Shown here piece by piece: positions 40,399-50,561 of a stretch of 64,000 bases of DNA. Position 1 is the stretch's first letter; each line of letters opens with the position of its first letter. The translations under genes were made by a program, and so were the position numbers. The DNA comes from Firmicutes bacterium CAG:582. Lineage in GTDB: Bacteria > Bacillota_I > Bacilli_A > RF39 > UBA660. The DNA lies in contig FR884184.1 in the NCBI GenBank assembly GCA_000435515.1, positions 18,941-82,940 of the forward strand, read 5' to 3'. The notes under the pieces are model-generated. The model was not told where the DNA came from. It saw only the letters and a list, made by a program, of their open reading frames with translations, and did not search any database.

Positions 40399-40410
40399 AT
40401 ATCTTTTTAT
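40379..40410 (+). repeat. 32-bp direct repeat copy 2
   Basis: Identical to 39476..39507, 903 bp apart. Confidence 0.7.
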
Positions 40411-40661
40411 ATACTTAAAAAGCGTCTATATTTGCTTATTAAATTATTTAGAAATACATAGTTTTCATTGCTGAAATTATTCTTATATGGTGCTAAATCA
40501 AAACTATTGGGATTCTTTAATACTTGTTTATAGTTACTTTTTATAAATGAATATACAAAATCTATTTCTTTATCAGTTGTTTTAAGATGATTTTTATTAG
40601 CAAACTTAATAATATCCTCTTTTCTTAAATTGATAATAAAATTTTCTATAATATTATTCAA
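40407..40661 (-). CDS. small hypothetical protein
   Basis: 84-aa ORF, divergent from the downstream PBP gene. Weak support. Confidence 0.3.
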   Translation of the reverse strand: MNNIIENFIINLRKEDIIKFANKNHLKTTDKEIDFVYSFIKSNYKQVLKNPNSFDLAPYKNNFSNENYVFLNNLISKYRRFLSI

Positions 40662-40710
40662 AACATTTCCTCCTCGTTATATTTTATGTTTTAATGGTTA
40701 ATATATTAAT

Positions 40711-42633
40711 ATGAAAAGTAAAATATATTTAATTAAAATTTTAATTGTTGTTATTAATATAGTTGTTGTTTGGAGATTATATGATATTTGTATTGTCAAT
40801 CATGAAAAATATGAGTATCTTTCTTCAATAACAAATGAAAAAATAATTGAATCTAATACTACTTTAAGAGGTAGAATTTTGGACTGTAAAGGTAATGTTT
40901 TAGTGGATAATAAAGGTATAAAAGTTTTATATTATACTAAAATACCTGAAATAAAACTAAGTGAAGAAATTAAAATTGCTGAAAGTCTTGCTAAAGTAAT
41001 TGATTTAAATGATTTTAGAGTTACGGATTTACAAATTAATGAATATGTTTATAAGAAATATAAAACGGATATCGATAAAAGAATTAATAAAGAAAAATTA
41101 AAGAAATATAATGAAAGAAAGTTAAACGAAAACGATTATTTAAATTATAAATATAGTTTAATAACAAATGAAGAAAAAACAAGTATTTCTAATCTAGAGG
41201 TATATATCTATAATCTTATGAATAGTGGATATAGTTACCAAGATAAAGTTATTAAAAAGAATCTTACCGACGAAGAATTTACTATGATCAATGAGATGAA
41301 TTTAAGTGGAATACGTGTAGATATTGATTATGTTCGAATATATAAATATGATACGTCTTTAAATCAAATTTTTGGCTCTATTGGGCCAATCACTAAAGAA
41401 AATAAGGCCAAATATCTAAATAATGGATATAAACTTAATTCAATTGTGGGAGTTTCTTTTTTAGAGAAAACTTATGAAAAATATTTGAAAGGAAGTGCAC
41501 GTAAATACAAAATAAAAAGTGACAACACATTAGAAGTTGTTGATGAAGGAAAGAAGGGGAATGATTTAGTTTTAACTATCGATATTGATAAACAAATTAA
41601 AATTGATAATGTTTTAAAAGAGGAAATAATTAATGCCAAAAAGTCTCCTAATACTAAGTATTATAATGGGTCTAATATCGTCGTGAGTGATCCAACTAAT
41701 GGACATATTATTGCTATGTCAAGCTATGAGTATAATAATGGTGCTTTGAATTATAATACGATTGGAATATTAAAAAATTCATATACAGTCGGTTCTGTTG
41801 TCAAAGCTGCAAGTATGAGTACACTTTATAAATATAATGCCATACCTGGAGATAGGGTGAGGGATGCATGTGTTAAACTTTTCAGCCAAAATGAAAAGTG
41901 TTCATGGAAAAGTTTAGGCATAATCAATGATATTGATGCTCTAGCTTTTTCTTCTAATTATTATCAATTTTTAGGAGCGATAAAACTATCCGGAATGGAA
42001 TATAAATACAATATGAAATTTAATCCTGCTAGAGATGATTTTAACAAGTATCGTGACTATTTTAAAACTTTAGGATTGGGTAGTAAAACAATGATAGATA
42101 TCGATGGGGAAGATGTTGGAATACTTGGTAGTATGATAAGCGGTGATTTGCTTTTAAATTTAACAATTGGTCAATACGATACTTATACAACATTAATGCT
42201 AAATAATTATATTGCGACTATAGCAAATGGGAAATGCCGCTATAAACTAAAAATTGCTGATAGTATTGTTGATGAATCTTCTAATAAACGAGTTATCAAT
42301 AAGGATGAGATACTTAATAACTATGAAATAAGTGATGAAAATTACACAAGGATTAAGGCAGGACTAAGAAAAGTTGTTACAAATGGAACAGCTGCTTACT
42401 ATATGGATAAAAAATACAATGCAAGTGGAAAAACAGGAACAAGTGAAACGTTTTATGGCGGAGCAAACACTTATACAAAATCATTTATAGCATACTTTCC
42501 AAGTGATGATCCAAAATATGCTCTAACTATTATTTCACCTAATATTTCTTATAAAAATAGTACAAGTAATTACAAATATCCTATAAATAGTAAACTATCT
42601 AGGAAAATTGCTAATATTTTGTTTGAAAATTAA
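40711..42633 (+). CDS. class B penicillin-binding protein (transpeptidase)
   Basis: N-terminal TM helix. SxxK (SVVK), SSN and KTGTS motifs. Confidence 0.8.
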   Translation: MKSKIYLIKILIVVINIVVVWRLYDICIVNHEKYEYLSSITNEKIIESNTTLRGRILDCKGNVLVDNKGIKVLYYTKIPEIKLSEEIKIAESLAKVIDLNDFRVTDLQINEYVYKKYKTDIDKRINKEKLKKYNERKLNENDYLNYKYSLITNEEKTSISNLEVYIYNLMNSGYSYQDKVIKKNLTDEEFTMINEMNLSGIRVDIDYVRIYKYDTSLNQIFGSIGPITKENKAKYLNNGYKLNSIVGVSFLEKTYEKYLKGSARKYKIKSDNTLEVVDEGKKGNDLVLTIDIDKQIKIDNVLKEEIINAKKSPNTKYYNGSNIVVSDPTNGHIIAMSSYEYNNGALNYNTIGILKNSYTVGSVVKAASMSTLYKYNAIPGDRVRDACVKLFSQNEKCSWKSLGIINDIDALAFSSNYYQFLGAIKLSGMEYKYNMKFNPARDDFNKYRDYFKTLGLGSKTMIDIDGEDVGILGSMISGDLLLNLTIGQYDTYTTLMLNNYIATIANGKCRYKLKIADSIVDESSNKRVINKDEILNNYEISDENYTRIKAGLRKVVTNGTAAYYMDKKYNASGKTGTSETFYGGANTYTKSFIAYFPSDDPKYALTIISPNISYKNSTSNYKYPINSKLSRKIANILFEN

Positions 42634-42686
42634 CTATATATATGCTAAAATACTTATAGTTTACAAGTGAGGAGGCTAGATTTTTT

Positions 42687-42866
42687 ATGGCAAAAGGAAA
42701 AACAGATGCTAGAACACCAATTGGATTAAAATGTACTAAATGTGGTTATATGATTAGACATACTGAAAAAAACACAAAAAATACTACTGAGAAATTAGAA
42801 TTAAATAAATATTGTCCAAAATGTAAATCAGTACAAGTATTTAAAGAAGCAAAAATTGGTAAATAG
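42687..42866 (+). CDS. rpmG: 50S ribosomal protein L33 (not in the ORF track)
   Basis: MAKGKTDARTPIGLKCTKCGYMIRHTEKNTKNTTEKLELNKYCPKCKSVQVFKEAKIGK. Cys4 zinc ribbon. GAGGAGG SD. Confidence 0.85.
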   Translation: MAKGKTDARTPIGLKCTKCGYMIRHTEKNTKNTTEKLELNKYCPKCKSVQVFKEAKIGK

Positions 42867-42877
42867 AGGGATAATAC

Positions 42878-43048
42878 ATGAGTTATATTTATCATGGAAC
42901 TATGCAAGATGTAATAGATTATGCTGAACTAATAAAACTTCAAGCTGGTTATTATTCTAAACCAAAAAAAGTTGTTTGCTCACGTAAATCAAAATACAGC
43001 GTTGCTAAAAAATCAAATAGAAAAGTTTTAAGAAGAAAAATATATTAA
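42878..43048 (+). CDS. small basic protein (56 aa), unknown
   Basis: GAGGGA SD 7 nt before the ATG. MSYIYHGTMQDVIDYAELIKLQAGYYSKPKKVVCSRKSKYSVAKKSNRKVLRRKIY. Lies between rpmG and efp. Confidence 0.35.
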   Translation: MSYIYHGTMQDVIDYAELIKLQAGYYSKPKKVVCSRKSKYSVAKKSNRKVLRRKIY

Positions 43049-43061
43049 AAGGAGGATTTTC

Positions 43062-43622
43062 ATGAACATTAACATTAACGATATTAAAAACGGAATGACA
43101 ATTATTATTGATGGAAAATTATGTTTAATTGAAGAATTCCAACACGTTAAACCTGGTAAGGGTTCAGCATTCATGAAGATGAAATTAAGAAACCTAAGAA
43201 CTGGTGCTTTAGTTGAAGATACTTATAATACTAATATTAAGATCGAAAGAGCTAGAGTAGATAGACTTCCTATGCAATATTTATATTCAATGGGAGATAA
43301 TTATGTTTTTATGAATAATGAAACTTATGAGCAATTAGAAATTCCTGCTGAAAAGTTAAAAGATCAAATTAAATTCTTAAAAGAAGGTCTTGAAATAACT
43401 ATTACGATGTATGAAGGTGAAATTCTTGGAATTACTTTACCTGAAAAAATCGAATTTGAAATAGTTGAAACTAGTGAAGCAGTAAAAGGAAATACAACAA
43501 ATAATGCTCAAAAAGATGCCAAAATAGAAACAGGATATGTTGTTAAAGTTCCATTATTTATTAATCAAGGAGAAAAAATACTTATTTCAACTGCTGATGG
43601 TAAGTATGCTGGAAGAGCTTAG
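43062..43622 (+). CDS. efp: elongation factor P
   Basis: Conserved HVKPGKGSAF loop. 186 aa. Confidence 0.95.
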   Translation: MNININDIKNGMTIIIDGKLCLIEEFQHVKPGKGSAFMKMKLRNLRTGALVEDTYNTNIKIERARVDRLPMQYLYSMGDNYVFMNNETYEQLEIPAEKLKDQIKFLKEGLEITITMYEGEILGITLPEKIEFEIVETSEAVKGNTTNNAQKDAKIETGYVVKVPLFINQGEKILISTADGKYAGRA

Positions 43623-43731
43623 TAATGGCTCTTTTTTTATGAAATAGTTGCTAAAGTATGTGTAAAGTATTGACACATTATTAAAAATTTTGTTATGATT
43701 GATATGTAAAATAGAGAAGGGACTTGACGTA

Positions 43732-44502
43732 ATGAAAGAGTTAAATAGATTATTAAGTGAGTTGGGTATATCGAAAGTTAGACTAGCAAAATATCTTGGA
43801 GTTTCAAGACAAATGGTTTATAATTATTTGGAATTTGAAAGTTTAAACAAATGGCCAAAAGAAAAAAAGATTTTACTATTAAAATTATTGGATATTGAAG
43901 ATGGTGATGATGACACTATTGCAAAAATCAAGGTTAATACGGAATATTTGCTTGCAGTAGAGGATAGACTTAATGATGGTGTAAAAGAAAATCATGATAA
44001 TGAGTTCTTGGATCTTAAAGGATTAAAAAAGGAAGAGCAAGCTTTAGTAAGTGATATTACATTCTTGATTAAGGAAAAATTAACTGATGATAATCACGAG
44101 GAAAATTTCTACGCTTTACAATACGTATATCATATGTTACAAAGTATGGATAATATTCCAGAAATTAAATATTTATTGGCTTATCTATCTAAATCTACTG
44201 GTTTTACATCACCTAATGTATTTAAATTTAATGAGGATAAACAATTTATATTTGAAGGTATAATTCATTCTGCATTCTCTTTATATAACAGTGGGGGAGC
44301 TAGCAAGACAAAAGTTATAGAATCTCGTAATAGATTCATTGAAGATCTTGAAGAGAAAAAAGAAGAAGTTCTTACACGTACTCAACAATTAAACACTGTT
44401 AGAGTTCAAGCTTTAAGAGAACTTGGATATAATGCAATTAATCCAGATAATGCAGCCGAAGTTTTTGAAAAGATTGCTGAAATTCAATCAAGAAAAGTAT
44501 AA
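43732..44502 (+). CDS. HTH (XRE-like) domain transcriptional regulator
   Basis: N-terminal HTH LSELGISKVRLAKYLGVSRQMVYNYL. Start taken at the ATG at 43732 with an upstream SD. Confidence 0.6.
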   Translation: MKELNRLLSELGISKVRLAKYLGVSRQMVYNYLEFESLNKWPKEKKILLLKLLDIEDGDDDTIAKIKVNTEYLLAVEDRLNDGVKENHDNEFLDLKGLKKEEQALVSDITFLIKEKLTDDNHEENFYALQYVYHMLQSMDNIPEIKYLLAYLSKSTGFTSPNVFKFNEDKQFIFEGIIHSAFSLYNSGGASKTKVIESRNRFIEDLEEKKEEVLTRTQQLNTVRVQALRELGYNAINPDNAAEVFEKIAEIQSRKV

Positions 44503-44853
44503 ACCTACTTTTCTTTTTATTTTGCTCTACTTCCCCTACCTACTTTGTTTTTAAATAGAGGAGAGTGCTTTTTATTATTTTATTTGTTAGTATGAATTAC
44601 ATATAGAGAAGTACTAAGAATATAAAAATAGAAGGTGTTATTAATGATATTTTTCATAATATAAATAATAATAAAATGTATTTATATTAGCAAGGTTAAT
44701 AACTAACAATCTTTTATTTAAAAATATACAAGTTAACATAATATATATTATATGAAGTTATATATTCTTTGAAATATTATTTATAGTTATTCATATTTAA
44801 TTATTAATTCTAACTTATATATTTATTACTTATATTGTTTATTATAAAAAAAA

Positions 44854-44873
44854 CTATATAGTTAACTATATAG
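44854..44873. terminator. perfect 20-bp palindrome ctatatagttaactatatag flanked by A-run and T-run (candidate bidirectional terminator)
   Basis: Sits between convergent genes. AT-only stem, so weak. Confidence 0.3.
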
Positions 44874-44912
44874 TATATTTTTGCTTTTGATTTAAACTAA
44901 AAACGTTTTAAA

Positions 44913-45320
44913 TTATTTTTCACATAATATTTTTTTTGTAATATCATATTCATTATCATATTTGCAAACACTGTAATCATCATCATAAGATTTACAATCA
45001 TATGCATAAGAACATTTATTATCAAGGTCATCATTGATGTAATAATCAATTTCTTCAACTACTCCATTTATAAAATATATTATAATAGGGAAGAGTAAAA
45101 TAAAAATTACTAAGAATATCATTTTAAGCGCTGATATTACAATACCTGCTATAGCAAGCCCACTACCACCCTCCTCTACTCTTTTTGCTTGAATTAAACC
45201 AATGATTGATAATACTAATCCAGCAAAGCTTGAAACAAATGCTAATACAAACCCTAATATACAAATGCTATTAGTTCTCTTTTTCTCCATAACTTCACGT
45301 CCTTTATTATACTTTATCAT
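44913..45320 (-). CDS. small membrane protein with Cys/Tyr/Asp-rich C-terminus, downstream of zupT
   Basis: Two TM helices followed by CSYAYDCKSYDDDYSVCKYDNEYD. Confidence 0.45.
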   Translation of the reverse strand: MIKYNKGREVMEKKRTNSICILGFVLAFVSSFAGLVLSIIGLIQAKRVEEGGSGLAIAGIVISALKMIFLVIFILLFPIIIYFINGVVEEIDYYINDDLDNKCSYAYDCKSYDDDYSVCKYDNEYDITKKILCEK

Positions 45321-45395
45321 ATATTTCTCGCGTAACGCGCGTGATATGCAAATCCCTCGATGATATTATAGCAAATTCATGGTAAAAATCTAGTA

Positions 45396-46136
45396 TTATA
45401 TACCAATTATAATTGATATAACTATATAAACTAAGGATAATAAAACCCCATAGATAAAATATCTGTTTTTATCAAATTTTAATGATTCTTTATATATTGA
45501 ATTTATGCTTAGAGTAATCATTATACCAGCAGTAAATATAAGTATAATAGCAATCATTATATCGTTAATATACTTGTATAGAAATATATATGCAAGTATT
45601 GCTCCTAAGGGTTCAGCTAAACATGATAAAAAAGTAGAAGAAAATGCTTTTTTAAATGATTTTGTTCCTAAATATATTGGTAAAGCTATGCATATTCCTT
45701 CTGGTATATTATGAAACATAATTGCTAAACTTAATTTAATTCCAATTTTTAAGTTTGTCACACCTGATAAAAACGTAACAATTCCTTCTGGAAAATTATG
45801 AACCATCAAAGCTATTAATGATAATATCCCTAGTTTTAAAAGACTCTTCTCCCCTTCCATCTTTTTATCTAAAATATTTATTATTAAATATCCTGCTAAA
45901 AATGAAGTAATAATTATAGTTAAAGCTTTTAAAATAGAAAAATTATTCAAAATGGTAATAATTGAATTTGGTAAAAGATCAATTACTGATATTAAAATCA
46001 TTACAGTTCCTGAAAACGCTAAAACAAGGCTTATATTTGATTTTTTACCAATATTAGGTATAAACACTAGTAAAGAACCTAAAAGTGTTCCAAATGATGC
46101 TAAAAATGATAATAAAATAGGTATTAATATTTTCAT
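45396..46136 (-). CDS. zupT: ZIP-family zinc transporter ZupT
   Basis: Tandem HNFPEG and HNIPEG motifs. About 8 TM helices. 246 aa. Confidence 0.85.
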   Translation of the reverse strand: MKILIPILLSFLASFGTLLGSLLVFIPNIGKKSNISLVLAFSGTVMILISVIDLLPNSIITILNNFSILKALTIIITSFLAGYLIINILDKKMEGEKSLLKLGILSLIALMVHNFPEGIVTFLSGVTNLKIGIKLSLAIMFHNIPEGICIALPIYLGTKSFKKAFSSTFLSCLAEPLGAILAYIFLYKYINDIMIAIILIFTAGIMITLSINSIYKESLKFDKNRYFIYGVLLSLVYIVISIIIGI

Positions 46137-46241
46137 AATATATATTTATTAATATTGATATAAATTTATTCTTAAAATATAGTTTTTTTTTATTATAATA
46201 AAAAATATATTGTACATAATAATTGTAGGAGGTAAGATTTT

Positions 46242-46325
46242 ATGAAAACTAAAAAGACAAATAGAACTTCTAAAAGTAAAAGATCTAATAAATGTCATAG
46301 AGATTCTGAAACTTCAGCAGAATAA
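46242..46325 (+). CDS. tiny basic ORF (27 aa) with very strong SD
   Basis: TAGGAGGTAAG SD 7 nt before the ATG. Product MKTKKTNRTSKSKRSNKCHRDSETSAE. Followed by a terminator. Confidence 0.3.
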   Translation: MKTKKTNRTSKSKRSNKCHRDSETSAE

Positions 46326-46326
46326 C

Positions 46327-46360
46327 AAAAAAACGTTGATGATTAATTCAACGTTTTTTT
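46327..46360. terminator. bidirectional rho-independent terminator (aacgttga / tcaacgtt stem); the stop codon of paralog A lies in the loop
   Basis: Poly-A, aacgttga-tgattaat-tcaacgtt, poly-T. Nearly identical to the hairpin at 53687..53715. Confidence 0.6.
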
Positions 46361-48205
46361 AATATTTTTTTTATCATTCACAGGTTTTGTATTATTAAGC
46401 AAACCATCTATTTTGTTTGGATTTATAGTTAGTCTAGTATCTATTTCGTTTTTTAAACATAAAACGGCTTCAACCAAGTTTTTACACAATTCTTCAGTGC
46501 TCATATTTAGAAATGATGCTTCTTCATCCAAACTATATTCACCACTATAATTTACATCAAATTCTGTTAAAAGAAAATATTCACATTTTTTAGGTAAATG
46601 AGTATTTATAATTAAATCTCGAGTTATAATATTTGCTTTCTTTAAAGAATTCAAGTAACTCTCAACACTTTCTTTTATTTCTTCAAAAGATTTGATATTA
46701 TCAGTGTCTTCCTCAAAAATATTTGTTTCTTCAAGGCAATTTGCTTTTGTTTCTATTTTAGTTTGAATACATTCCTTTATTTTTTCTCCGCTTTGTATGC
46801 TTTTCTTAAATGTGATTATTGCTGTTGTAGTAAAATAACCGTATGCAGTTTTATCACTTCTTAGTATAGTGCTTTTTATATTGAATATGTGTTTTCCGTT
46901 TTCTTCTGTTACATCTATATACTTATCAAAGTGTTTTTGGCCACCTTTTTTTAAATTACTATATAAACTTTCTAAATCTTCTTCGGTAAATCCACGATCT
47001 TTATAATAATCATTTAGTGTTTTATAATTGCTAATAGATATACATTGCGACTTTTTCGTTGCTTTATCGTTTTCTGAACTTTCTTTTATTTCCTCTTTGG
47101 ATTGAGTTTTTTCAACTATTTTTTGTTTTAATTTATCTTTGTTTATTCTTTCTTCTTTTATTAGTTTTCCTATACCTTCATTTTCGTCTTTAGTTAATTT
47201 ATAAATTTTTTCATTCTCTTCACTAGTAAGATGTGAATTATATATTTCATTAAAGTTTTTATCAAACTTTTGCTTTATTAGGTCTTGTTCATCTAACCTT
47301 AAACTTCGATATGCTTCTATAAATTCGTTAACAGTATACCCTTTTTCCTCATAAAATTTTATCAAATTGAAACTTTTAATCGGTATAGTATTTTGTTTTT
47401 CTTTTGCTTCTTCTTTTACAATTTGTTTAGTTGGTACTTCACTTTTCTTAAGTCTTTCAATGACACTGTCGGGTCCAGAAATGATGTTTAAAATAATTTC
47501 AGCATCTTCTTTTGATACGGGAATTAATGGAGATCTAACTTTGTCATATTTTTGGCCATAATACTTATGTAACACTATTCTAATTCTCGTTTCATAGGTT
47601 GAAAGCATTTGAACTATAGCTTCTTTGCGATACCCAAATTTTTCTAAAAACGTTACTAATGACGTTGGTATGCTTATTTTCTTTTGAACTATTTTGTTTG
47701 GATTGTCTTTATTAGTTTTTATAATATTTTCAAATTCATGTAATGCAAACATAAGTTTTTGATATATATCATCTGTTGAAATGTTAAATAATGATGTAAT
47801 AATCGAAAGTTTTTCTTTTTTTCTATTTATTCCAAATGCAGAAGTGAAAATATCACGATATTGTGGGGAAACCTTATTGATTGCACTTTCCAATTCTTGT
47901 GGCGTTAAATCATAAGTCAAACAAAGTTTTCTTGACATCAAAGTTGCGTTGTTGTTGAAAAAACCAATTAAATTTTTATTTTTTGCTTTTAATTTTTCCA
48001 CACATAATACATCCATTTTTACTAATAGTTCTGCGAGATTATATTTATAAATATCGCTTCTTTTAATCGTTCCTTTTACATTTATTCCATCAAAATCTTT
48101 TCCATACTTTTTCTTCATTATGTCATAGACATAATCTTCTTCATATTTTATTAATGTTTTAAAAGTTTCTTCATCCGTTTTAAAATCAATCCAAGCTTTT
48201 TCCAT
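46343..48205 (-). CDS. large paralog A: multi-HTH (sigma-70 region 4-like) repeat protein, novel family
   Basis: N-terminus MEKAWIDFKTDEETFKTLIKYEEDYV...DVLCVEKLK is shared with 53698..56964. Segments LTPQELESAINKVSPQYRDIFTSAFGINRKKEKLSIITSLFNISTDDIYQKLMFALHEF and GEYSLDEEASFLNMSTEELCKNLVEAVLCLKNEI resemble sigma-70 r4 HTH. One YKTLNDYYK..GF.EEDLE module. Confidence 0.7.
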   Translation of the reverse strand: MEKAWIDFKTDEETFKTLIKYEEDYVYDIMKKKYGKDFDGINVKGTIKRSDIYKYNLAELLVKMDVLCVEKLKAKNKNLIGFFNNNATLMSRKLCLTYDLTPQELESAINKVSPQYRDIFTSAFGINRKKEKLSIITSLFNISTDDIYQKLMFALHEFENIIKTNKDNPNKIVQKKISIPTSLVTFLEKFGYRKEAIVQMLSTYETRIRIVLHKYYGQKYDKVRSPLIPVSKEDAEIILNIISGPDSVIERLKKSEVPTKQIVKEEAKEKQNTIPIKSFNLIKFYEEKGYTVNEFIEAYRSLRLDEQDLIKQKFDKNFNEIYNSHLTSEENEKIYKLTKDENEGIGKLIKEERINKDKLKQKIVEKTQSKEEIKESSENDKATKKSQCISISNYKTLNDYYKDRGFTEEDLESLYSNLKKGGQKHFDKYIDVTEENGKHIFNIKSTILRSDKTAYGYFTTTAIITFKKSIQSGEKIKECIQTKIETKANCLEETNIFEEDTDNIKSFEEIKESVESYLNSLKKANIITRDLIINTHLPKKCEYFLLTEFDVNYSGEYSLDEEASFLNMSTEELCKNLVEAVLCLKNEIDTRLTINPNKIDGLLNNTKPVNDKKNIKKTLN

Positions 48206-48223
48206 GATTCACCTCTATAATAT

Positions 48224-50518
48224 CTATACTTTATTTATTTTTTTCTTTTGGTTGTTTTTATCTTTTGTATATATTTCAAATGCTTTGTCGAATAATGATT
48301 TATATAATAATAACTCAGTTATTCCATCAAATGAGTGATTTGTTAATAAACCAGATAATAAGATATAGTAGTTAATACATTTACCAGCAAATTTTTGACA
48401 AATACTGGCTTTTACTATTTTATAATCTGTTGTACTCTTTTTTATCTTCATTTTTGTATCATTTAACATTGAATAGTATATATTGTCAGCATTTACAATG
48501 TTTGATTTTTCGCTTTTATAGTGAATAAGAAGCGTTATAAAATAATCTAAGTAATGACGTATTTCAACTAGTTTTTCTTTATTCAAGCGATAACTTGCTT
48601 TTAATTCAAATGTATCAATATCAAAATATGAAGTTAGGTCAAAGTCTTTTCCATATTTATTGATAATATGTAAAAATTCTATAAATTCCGTTTCTGTATA
48701 TCCAAGTGATAAAAAGAAATTCTTTAAGTTGGAAATATTATTAACATAGGTACAATCGATTATTAAGTTGGTAAACACCGCTATAGCATCATCAGTTGTA
48801 CAGTTTTTTTGTCGTGCTAAAGATATTATTTTATCAATCGCTTGCTCGTCTAAGTCATTGATTATAGTTAATGATGCAACAGGACTACAACCTAAATCTA
48901 TAAGCACATTTCTTACAGATTGGTATTTTTCTTTCTTGTTCATATCAATCAATTCATTATAGTTAAGTGCTAAATATATAATTTTATCAAATAAAGATGT
49001 TAATTCTTCTTCGTTAATTATAACATTATCGCGTAAATATGCTTGATTTGTATAATATTTATTTAGTATACTTTTTTCTTCTGAATTTAATAATAAAATA
49101 GCCTTCTTAACATAATTTGCAGGTATTCCACGTATTCCTAGATGAACATAGTAATTTGTATAAACATTTTCAGTAACTGAACTATCATATTGAGGAAGAA
49201 TACTATCATTTAAAATGTTTTCCGCAAAAGCATTATCTGGATTTATTAATGAAGTCGTTGCTGATTTTTGGATTCCTATATTTTGACTATATGTTTCTTT
49301 TAGCATAAGGTTAGAGTCATAAAATTTTGAAATCATATCAAGTGATTCTATAGAAAATTGTTTGAAAGCTTTTTCAACTATTTCTCTTTCATATCCTAAC
49401 TTTTGATAAAAACGATATATATCTATTATCATTCCTGAAGAAGAACAATTTAAAAGATTGCAGCTTGCTATTTTGTCTTTAATATTTTTTTGAATGCCTT
49501 TATTTGGATTAAATAATAAATTATATATTGAATTAGCCTCACCACTTCTAACTATTTTACCAAATATAAATTTTTTAGGAACTTTCAATGTATAATCTGA
49601 ATAAAAATAGGTATCAATTATTTCTTTATGTATTGTAGATAATTCTTCTAAAACTTCTGATACTATTTTCTTTGAATATCCCATACTAATATAATAGTCT
49701 TTTAAATTAAATTCATTAATTGGACCATAATATTTTGGTATTTTTATTGACTTTATTCTTTCTTCTATAATGTACATAACGTTTTTATCCTTAGAAATGA
49801 ACACTGTTTTTAGGTTTTGGATATCTTCCTGCAACAATTTTACCTCAGTGTTTTTTTCTTTGTTGAAACGTTTACCATATAGTTTTTTTAAGGTACTTTT
49901 TACGTCATCGTTATATTCTTCTATTGCTAGCTCTATATCATCATGATAATATCCTTTTTTTTCAAAATAATCAAAGAAAAAGTTTGGTAAAACAAAAACA
50001 TTTTTCTTAGGTTTCTCTTCAACGTTTTTTTTGACTGAATTTAAATATAAAAAACGCATGTTAGTTCTAACGAGTCTGTTTAAATCGTCGTAGTTAATAT
50101 TTAATGCATCAAGCACTTCATCAACATTTAAATTTTCACCAGTCAAGTTAAATAATAGTTCAATAGCTCGTCTTGATTTTTGTGGTATTATATTTAGATT
50201 AGTTACCATTGATAAGGAATCTATATTATAAGCAAATTTTATACGTTCTATAATATTATTTTCACTTAAAAAAGTTTCAAACTCTTCTTTTGAAGCTAGT
50301 TTATGTAAACATAAAACATCTATAGTTACTATCTCTTGGATGATTGGAAAAATTTGTTTTTCATAATCAGAAAGAGTTATTTTTTTATTTCTAGTGAAGA
50401 AATTAGAAAATTGATTTTCTAATTGAATCTTTACTAAATCAGTTTCACATTCATATATTTTTTTTAATTCTTCATCAGTTGCATTAAATATTTTATTTAT
50501 TTTTTTTATTCTTTCCAT
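48224..50518 (-). CDS. large paralog B: related multi-HTH repeat protein
   Basis: Shares the DVLCLHKL N-terminal motif and HTH-like segments (IPQKSRRAIELLFNLTGENLNVDEVLDALNINYDDLNRLVRTNMRFL) and repeated F..YY...GY....L modules. Starts 44 nt downstream of the xerD stop, on the same strand. Confidence 0.65.
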   Translation of the reverse strand: MERIKKINKIFNATDEELKKIYECETDLVKIQLENQFSNFFTRNKKITLSDYEKQIFPIIQEIVTIDVLCLHKLASKEEFETFLSENNIIERIKFAYNIDSLSMVTNLNIIPQKSRRAIELLFNLTGENLNVDEVLDALNINYDDLNRLVRTNMRFLYLNSVKKNVEEKPKKNVFVLPNFFFDYFEKKGYYHDDIELAIEEYNDDVKSTLKKLYGKRFNKEKNTEVKLLQEDIQNLKTVFISKDKNVMYIIEERIKSIKIPKYYGPINEFNLKDYYISMGYSKKIVSEVLEELSTIHKEIIDTYFYSDYTLKVPKKFIFGKIVRSGEANSIYNLLFNPNKGIQKNIKDKIASCNLLNCSSSGMIIDIYRFYQKLGYEREIVEKAFKQFSIESLDMISKFYDSNLMLKETYSQNIGIQKSATTSLINPDNAFAENILNDSILPQYDSSVTENVYTNYYVHLGIRGIPANYVKKAILLLNSEEKSILNKYYTNQAYLRDNVIINEEELTSLFDKIIYLALNYNELIDMNKKEKYQSVRNVLIDLGCSPVASLTIINDLDEQAIDKIISLARQKNCTTDDAIAVFTNLIIDCTYVNNISNLKNFFLSLGYTETEFIEFLHIINKYGKDFDLTSYFDIDTFELKASYRLNKEKLVEIRHYLDYFITLLIHYKSEKSNIVNADNIYYSMLNDTKMKIKKSTTDYKIVKASICQKFAGKCINYYILLSGLLTNHSFDGITELLLYKSLFDKAFEIYTKDKNNQKKKINKV

Positions 50519-50561
50519 AATTTATACTACCCCGCCTTTGATTTGTTATTATAGCATACTT

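Noticed and set aside
45330-45346. Short GC-rich palindrome tcgcgtaacgcgcg upstream of the small membrane-protein gene, as a possible riboswitch or Zur box
   Set aside because: It has only a 4-bp CGCG stem, which is too short for a riboswitch. It does not match the Firmicute Zur box (AAATCGTAATnATTACGATTT).
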